Below, in pieces: positions 58,778-64,000 of a DNA stretch of 64,000 nucleotides. Source of the stretch: Macrostomum lignano (lineage: Eukaryota); assembly GCA_002269645.1 (NCBI GenBank), contig NIVC01000793.1, forward strand, positions 372,001 to 436,000. The letters run 5' to 3'. Both the position numbers and the translations under genes were made by a program. Within the stretch, counting starts at the first letter, position 1. Each line of letters begins with the position of its first letter. Under the pieces are notes generated by a model. That model was not told the origin of the DNA and searched no databases. It saw only the letters and a list, made by a program, of their open reading frames with translations.

Positions 58778-60859
58778 GGCGGTCTCAGGGGCCAGCGGTG
58801 GCTGCAGCAGCTGCTTTAGCGGCTGCCACAACAGCAATAAAAGTGCCAATTATTTGGGAGGAGGCTGGGGCGGCGGTGGCTGAGTCAATTCTGGCGACCG
58901 GGGCGCCCGAATGCATGATTGCCGAGTGCTGAGAGTGCCTGCGGTCGATTTTGTGGGAGGCCTTTTTTATTTTCGAACTTTAAATTTAGGAATGGAGAAG
59001 AAATGTTGGCTAGGGGCAGCTGCAGAAGCTTTTCGTAAAACTCAGCTGGAAATTACCAGACTGGGGCGCCTTCCTCTCGGTTCAGCTAGGGAGTGTATCT
59101 CTGAATCAGGCTTATCCCATGGGTGACTTATCCCCTTCACTGCCGTCTCCTGGACTCCCCATTCCCCAATCCGCTACTTTCCATCCCCTCCTCACCCAGC
59201 CACTTGGAAGCGACAAAGAGGATTGGCTCTGCAGCAGTTCGCAATTAATGCGCCATCGTTTTCTTCTAAGACATAAAATATTCATTTGCAGCCAGGTTTG
59301 CAACTGTATATCCTGTTCTTTCATTTCGACTCTATGATTGCTTGTGAGCTGCTTGACTTAGCCTGTCGAAAGGAATGGAATGTGTCTGTATCAGTTTGCC
59401 TACTCTCGTAATTTTTTCAAGACACTTTTGCCCAAGCTACACTTTCTAGCAAGAGCGGGTGTGTGGGGGTAAAGCCGATTTTTTATCAGTTTAACAATGC
59501 CTAGTCATCACAGTTCTTGATTCTTAAAATGGAATCTGTTAGGGAGAGGCTTTATACCACAGATTCTATATTACCTAGATGGGTCCAAGGACAACTTGAT
59601 CAAGTTGTCCTTGGATGGGTCACTCCAGCCGCCTGGCTGCAGCACGAAAACCACGCGGGGTTAAGACCATAAACTAAAGCTTCTGCTCATTAGCAGTAGC
59701 AGTTAGTGTCTATGGCCCTATCCCCGGGGTTTTCGGGGCCTCAGAGACGGCCCCTAAATACATTAACGAATGCTGCAGTGATAACACAGAATCTGTGGTT
59801 TGACATGGGTTCTCACACGAAGCTGGAGTTTTACCATAGACTAAGACTATAAATGATTAAATAAGAGCCGTGACTTAAAGCTTGAATTGGGCCAGAAAGA
59901 CGAGACGAGACGTTTTGTTATCAGACTTACATGTCTGCGCTTGTTTTATTGTTTGACATATTTGTTTGAAATAAAGTTGAATGTTTGAATTCGTACGTGC
60001 GAGAATTTACCGCACAGGTTCGCGTTATTGGTGAAAGACGGCCTTTTGGTCATAGACAATGGATAGTGGGGTCATTTGAGAAGGCTTGGCCATATGTCAA
60101 TGTATATGGTCCACTCTCGCTGATGGGAGGAGTGTTGAGTCATAGACTACATTTCGCGAGAAAGGATGAGAGAAATATTTGCTCGCTTTTGTCCGGGGGG
60201 AGGAACGATATAGAGTTTTGTTACCACTCTGATCTGCTTACTGCACCAGAGAATGAATGATTCCTGCATGGTCACGAGTGCGGGAATGACATCTGCACGA
60301 GTGCGCGCTAGCGCACGAGTTCACGATGCCCTTCACGCACGAGTGAACGTGAAGGAATCCCATTGTCGGATGAGTCATCGTGCAGGAATGCACAAAACCG
60401 TGCAGGAATGCATTTCTGCGCCTAATGATTTTCAGTGAGATTTTACCATAGACATCCATTCCTGCACGCAAAAGAGTGCAAGAATGCCATTCCTGCATGG
60501 AAAATCAGCCGACAATGTTGAACTTAAGCCATCATCTACTTACCCCTATCAGCAAATCGTTATCTGGAAGAGCTAAGCAAAGATTTTGCTTGAAGAATTG
60601 TGGAGGAAGAAATTCCGGACGTACATGAATGAAGATAGCGCTCAACGAGCTGAAACAGCTTGAACAAGAAGGAATTCCTGAGTCTTTCTATTCTAACTAT
60701 TCTAAAACAACAATTTGCGTCTTTTCCACGCACAACTGAGATCCCAGTATGGTCTCTGAAATGATTGATTTATTCATTGATTTGCATTGGAGCTGGTTTG
60801 CACCGATTTCTTCGACATCAATCGTCGAAGCTGCTCAAGATTATGAACTACTTTGATTG

Positions 60860-61150
60860 GAGTACTGGCGAAGTACTGCAGCAAGAGGTGCTGTTTCAGC
60901 TTATTTGGTTACTTCGGACTACGTTACGTGGCGAGAAACTTTGCCGCTTCTATCCAAGACAAGTTTCGTCTATAAAGAGGACTCAGGGGGGCATTCTGCT
61001 TCTCCGGTGTATGCAGAGCACTTCATCTGTGACTGCTCCGCCTTTACTCAGGACAGGCTTGCACCTACCTCGGCCCAAACCCGGACCTCTCCGACGTTTT
61101 TTTAGGCCCGAGTTTGTGCCAGCTCGTCCGCTACCAGACCAGACAAGCGA
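60860..61150 (+). mobile_element. Possible decayed LINE C-terminal zinc-knuckle region
   Basis: AEHFICDCSAFTQDRL followed, after a frameshift, by YLGPNPDLSD; resembles the E.H.LC.CP....R...LG motif of non-LTR ORF2 ends. Confidence 0.35.
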
Positions 61151-62502
61151 CCATCGACCTCATGGACTCTCCGGACCGCGCTTTGGACACCGGCATCACC
61201 GGATTTCTCGAAAAGGTGCCGATTTCCGTGCTATTAAGTCTTCAGCAGCACTGAGTATGGAGACGAGCTCCTCTGTGCTAGACGTGTTGGTGAGGTTACA
61301 ACAGGCGATTACGCTGAGAAAACCTATTGAATGAATGAACGTTTCTTATGAGAATTTTATTAAGACAGCAGTTGCTGCATGGTCCTATATAGATAAATTA
61401 TGTTAGTATTTTGTTAAAATTAAGTCGATTGACTGGTGAATCAGCCTTTAATTAATGCACACGCAGGTTTGTGAAATAAAGATAAGATGATGCACCTTTT
61501 AATACAGCCCAATGATTTTATTTCTAAACTTTTCAGACTGAAACAGAAAAAATTTAGCGCTGAGTCCCGGCTTATTAGTTTACAAAAGTGCACAGACTAA
61601 AGACATTACGCTGATTATAGAAAGTCGCAGAGTGAAGTCCGTGCCTTCTTCGCATGGGCCTGAGAGGCAGGCATTTGGATAACTTAATTCACTAATTGCC
61701 TAACGAAGGCAACGAGGAATTTCTGCCTTACTGTATTTTTTGCGTATAGCTGCAAAAGCAAAAGGGGGCAGCTAATTCATCGATTAGACCTGCACGTGCG
61801 GGAGTCGAGAGACGGTATTAGCTCGTAATAGACGGTATAAGCTGGATTTATAGTGGTGCACTTGACGGAATATGAAGAAAAGCATGCGAATTTTTCGTCG
61901 CTAATTTTCATTTTTAAAAGCTTTCATACCACGGATTTCAGCGGAGCTTGCTGAAGAATTTTCGAAACAAAATTTTTGGATCGGTCAATTACAGTGAGTC
62001 TGCGCGGCTCCAGTCGACCACAAAAAATTTAAGGGGATCGCTTTGCTCGTATTGCATTTAGCAGTTGAAAACGATGGGAAAATTTTTGTCACTCGCATAA
62101 TCCCATGCCATCTGTTTGTTGATACATTTTCTAATATTGAGCGCGCCGTACATGTACTTGATGCAATCCCTCAAGTCCTAGCAGTAGACTTCTCTTTAGG
62201 CATCTTAGCAATTAAAGTGGCTCTTATCAAGGACGACTGACTAGTAAGTAACTAAGTCAACTAACAAACTCGCCCTTGATAAATGCGGGTGCACGTACAT
62301 GTACGTGTGTAATCCTGCACGTAATACACCACGTACGGTGCTGTGCTCGGTTAATTTTTTGATAGCTGTTATAGAATATAAAAAATTTTCACTAGAAAAT
62401 ATTTGAACTGCATTGGAAGCAATGTGAATCATGCCTTTATTTTATTAGTAATTAAAAAATAATACTAATAAATCTTGCTAGTTTTGACTATTACTCCGTG
62501 TA

Positions 62503-62698
62503 GAAAACCATTACCAACTATCAACATTTGCAAATCGACGCGTTTCGCACTCCGTGGTGTGCATCTTCAGGTTTATTTTAATAGAACGAACAAAAAAACT
62601 GAGGCTGACGATAATAAATATTTGTGAGGCAAAAGAATTTTATTTGATGAATAATGAATTATTCTGTACAGTATTTGCAAAGCGAGCAACTCTACCTG
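62503..62698 (-). mobile_element. 196-bp insertion (Penelope pLTR / retrozyme-like) with 13-bp TSD
   Basis: Direct repeat ATTACTCCGTGTA at 62490-62502 and 62699-62711; contains a hammerhead motif. Confidence 0.7.
62530..62578 (-). ncRNA. Minimal type I hammerhead ribozyme
   Basis: Minus strand: CUGAAGA-U-GCAC(loop)GUGC-GAAA-CGC-GUC; palindromic ACGCGU stem III; stem I imperfect. Confidence 0.72.
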
Positions 62699-64000
62699 AT
62701 TACTCCGTGTATTAAAAGTACTGAAAAAACAAAGTTAAAATAATTTTAAATAAATATTTACAGAAAGTAAGTTTCTTTTGTATTTAAAGTACTTTTTAAA
62801 GTTAAAATTTCCATACCTTACGTGCGTTTCTTTTGTTAGGATTTTTCGATTTTCGCATTTTAACTTTTACTCTCTAAAAAGTTTTAATTTTAAGACAGCT
62901 AAAAGTGCTAATGCTAACAGTAACAGCTAACATTTTTTGACACATTATATGTGAATACCTTCTAATTTGGTCTTTTATGTATCTAATAAATTTGTGCATC
63001 AGTACCAGTACTTCATACTGGTACTATATATTTTAGATTAGTTAAACTTAAAGAACTATACACTATATACATATATACACATGCAACATACACAGTAACC
63101 AGTAACACATTTCATTTACACTTCCAGTTTTTTTATTTTCTTCGAATTTAGAATAAGAATTTAGAATGAAAACCGTTGACTGCAAAACTTTTTATATGAA
63201 TTTCATTTGAGTATAACAGTCAAAAGATATACCAGTTGTTTAATAATGCTAGTAATTAATATTAACAAAAATGTTCTCTACAAAAACATTTTAATGCTTT
63301 AGTTCTTGCTCTTTAAACTAATATCAGTATCAATATTTTTATGGTTTTGGATCCTTTTAATAATTTTTACCTTTTTACCTTTTAATAATAGCAATAATAA
63401 AAATATATATTAATTAGAACAAAAGCAATAAACTAATATTTTTACTAGCATAGATGCCAAGCTTCTTAGTATTATTATATTGACAATATAATATGCTAAT
63501 TATTTTAACTATATGACAACTTTTAATTGTCAACAAAAATTCATATTAGAAATTCCCAGAATAGGCTATCTTGTTCTTTCCTATTTTTTGACTTTCATTG
63601 TAAACAATTCTGAATAGGATAAAAGTTGTTTAAACAATTTTTTTCTTTAAAATTTGTAAATTAGAAAAGTTTTCCTAAGTTTAATATTTTTAAGCTATAA
63701 GTAAAAGTGTTATAATCTCAAAATTAAAAGGATTAACAAATCAAGTATAGAGAACAGGAGTTATATTATACTTAAATTATAATATAGATTAGTTAATCTA
63801 AAAAGCTACCATAAGGAAAAATAGTTAAAAACCTGTGACCCTCTAATCCTAAGACTTGATATAAATAAAAGCTAAATGAAATTTTCATTATAAGTAAATC
63901 ATAGTACATAGAAGATATTATTTTGAAAAGTAAATACATAATTATTTAAAGTATATAAATTTATACTAGTTTAACACATCAATGTTATCAATATTATAGG

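Noticed and set aside
62043-62432. Short ORFs near the hammerhead as Penelope GIY-YIG remnants
   Set aside because: No recognisable GIY-YIG or RT motif, and they lie outside the TSD-bounded insert.

Overview
Eukaryotic (metazoan) genomic DNA, not prokaryotic. GC-rich exons, GT-AG introns packed with mini/microsatellites and tRNA-derived SINEs suggest a flatworm such as Macrostomum (inference). Genes: intronless ecdysoneless (ECD, minus); ATXN7L3/SGF11 (minus, at least 2 exons); a fibrinogen-domain (FReD) gene with an apparent frameshift (plus); a complete 19-exon Dscam-like gene at 13658-35907 (plus; SP-9Ig-4FN3-Ig-2FN3-TM-tail ending in a PDZ-type TFV motif; all junctions reconstructed in phase); and an intronless stomatin/MEC-2 gene (minus). 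The rest is about 28 tandem arrays (largest 7.1 kb), SINEs (one full-length with a 13-bp TSD, one nested insertion), MITEs, and decayed gypsy/LINE fragments. Most notable: a 196-bp TSD-flanked insert carrying a minimal hammerhead ribozyme; a 110-copy perfect G-rich 15-mer filling an in-frame, stop-free Dscam intron; an array of consensus 5' splice sites; and inverted SINE copies flanking the SGF11 exon. Many long ORFs in the supplied track are repeat artefacts.
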